DNA of 62,598 bases, filler included, from Rhabdomonas costata (taxonomy: Eukaryota): assembly GCA_019059605.1 (NCBI GenBank). It is 39 parts of 39 records of this genome, joined end to end, with 100 filler letters (N's around TTAATTAATTAA, not from the genome) between each part and the next. Parts side by side here need not be neighbours in the genome. Positions count along the whole stretch, not along the records: positions 61,093 to 62,598 come from JAHMHO010014252.1; 38 more parts are not named here. One strand, 5' to 3'. Within the stretch, counting starts at the first letter, position 1. Every line of letters begins with the position of its first letter. The notes beneath the pieces were generated by a model that was not told where the DNA came from, made no database searches, and saw only the letters and a program-made list of their open reading frames with translations. The translations under genes and the position numbers were made by a program. Of the stretch, positions 62,382 through 62,598 are shown piece by piece.

Positions 62382-62598
62382 CTTGTGACCACCCACTCAC
62401 TCTATTACAAATGTACAGGTGCAATCAACAGACTCATCCTTAGTTATCCCAGGAAAGCTTCCGTTTCTTCATTTTATCCGGTCCGCCTCAGACATCTCTG
62501 CTTGTCGCAATTCTTGGAAATCGAGCATCTCGTCCACCCACCCCCTCTTTTAATTTTGTATACACGGACGGTTGATAACATTTCCCCCGAAATATTTG

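Noticed and set aside
1..62598. Euglenid-type non-canonical (non GT-AG) introns
   Set aside because: Every intron I could reconstruct between recognisable exons has GT-AG ends; no junction required a non-canonical intron.

Overview
This window is not one locus. It is a pseudo-scaffold of 39 unrelated contigs of about 1.5 kb, joined by 38 artificial 100-nt spacers (N44-TTAATTAATTAA-N44), so gene neighbourhood across spacers means nothing. The DNA is from an intron-rich eukaryote, with GT-AG introns and many (CA)n/(GT)n microsatellites. Its gene mix suggests a free-living protist, possibly a euglenozoan such as a euglenid; that is inference only. Manual splicing recovers fragments of Derlin, a CDK10/11-like kinase, malonyl-CoA decarboxylase, a WD40 protein, SCO, CAND1, an AzgA/NCS2 permease, MTFP1, a cyclin, a histidine-kinase ATPase domain, PEX5, a class III nucleotide cyclase, an ABCD transporter, a PDZ/Pro-rich protein, an ADP-ribosyltransferase-like protein, Cys-rich and mucin-like surface proteins and several orphans. 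Mobile DNA comprises two decayed Merlin/IS1595-type transposases, a probable decayed LINE, a two-copy repeat with CCCH zinc fingers that ends in (CA)n, and an ~80-bp structured dispersed repeat. The best leads are the (CA)n-tailed CCCH element, the Merlin family (third catalytic Asp plus an RRFGPPS insert), a cyclase missing half its catalytic residues and the ~80-bp element. I cannot demonstrate a complete new biological system from these fragments. I found no rRNA, tRNA or CRISPR array.
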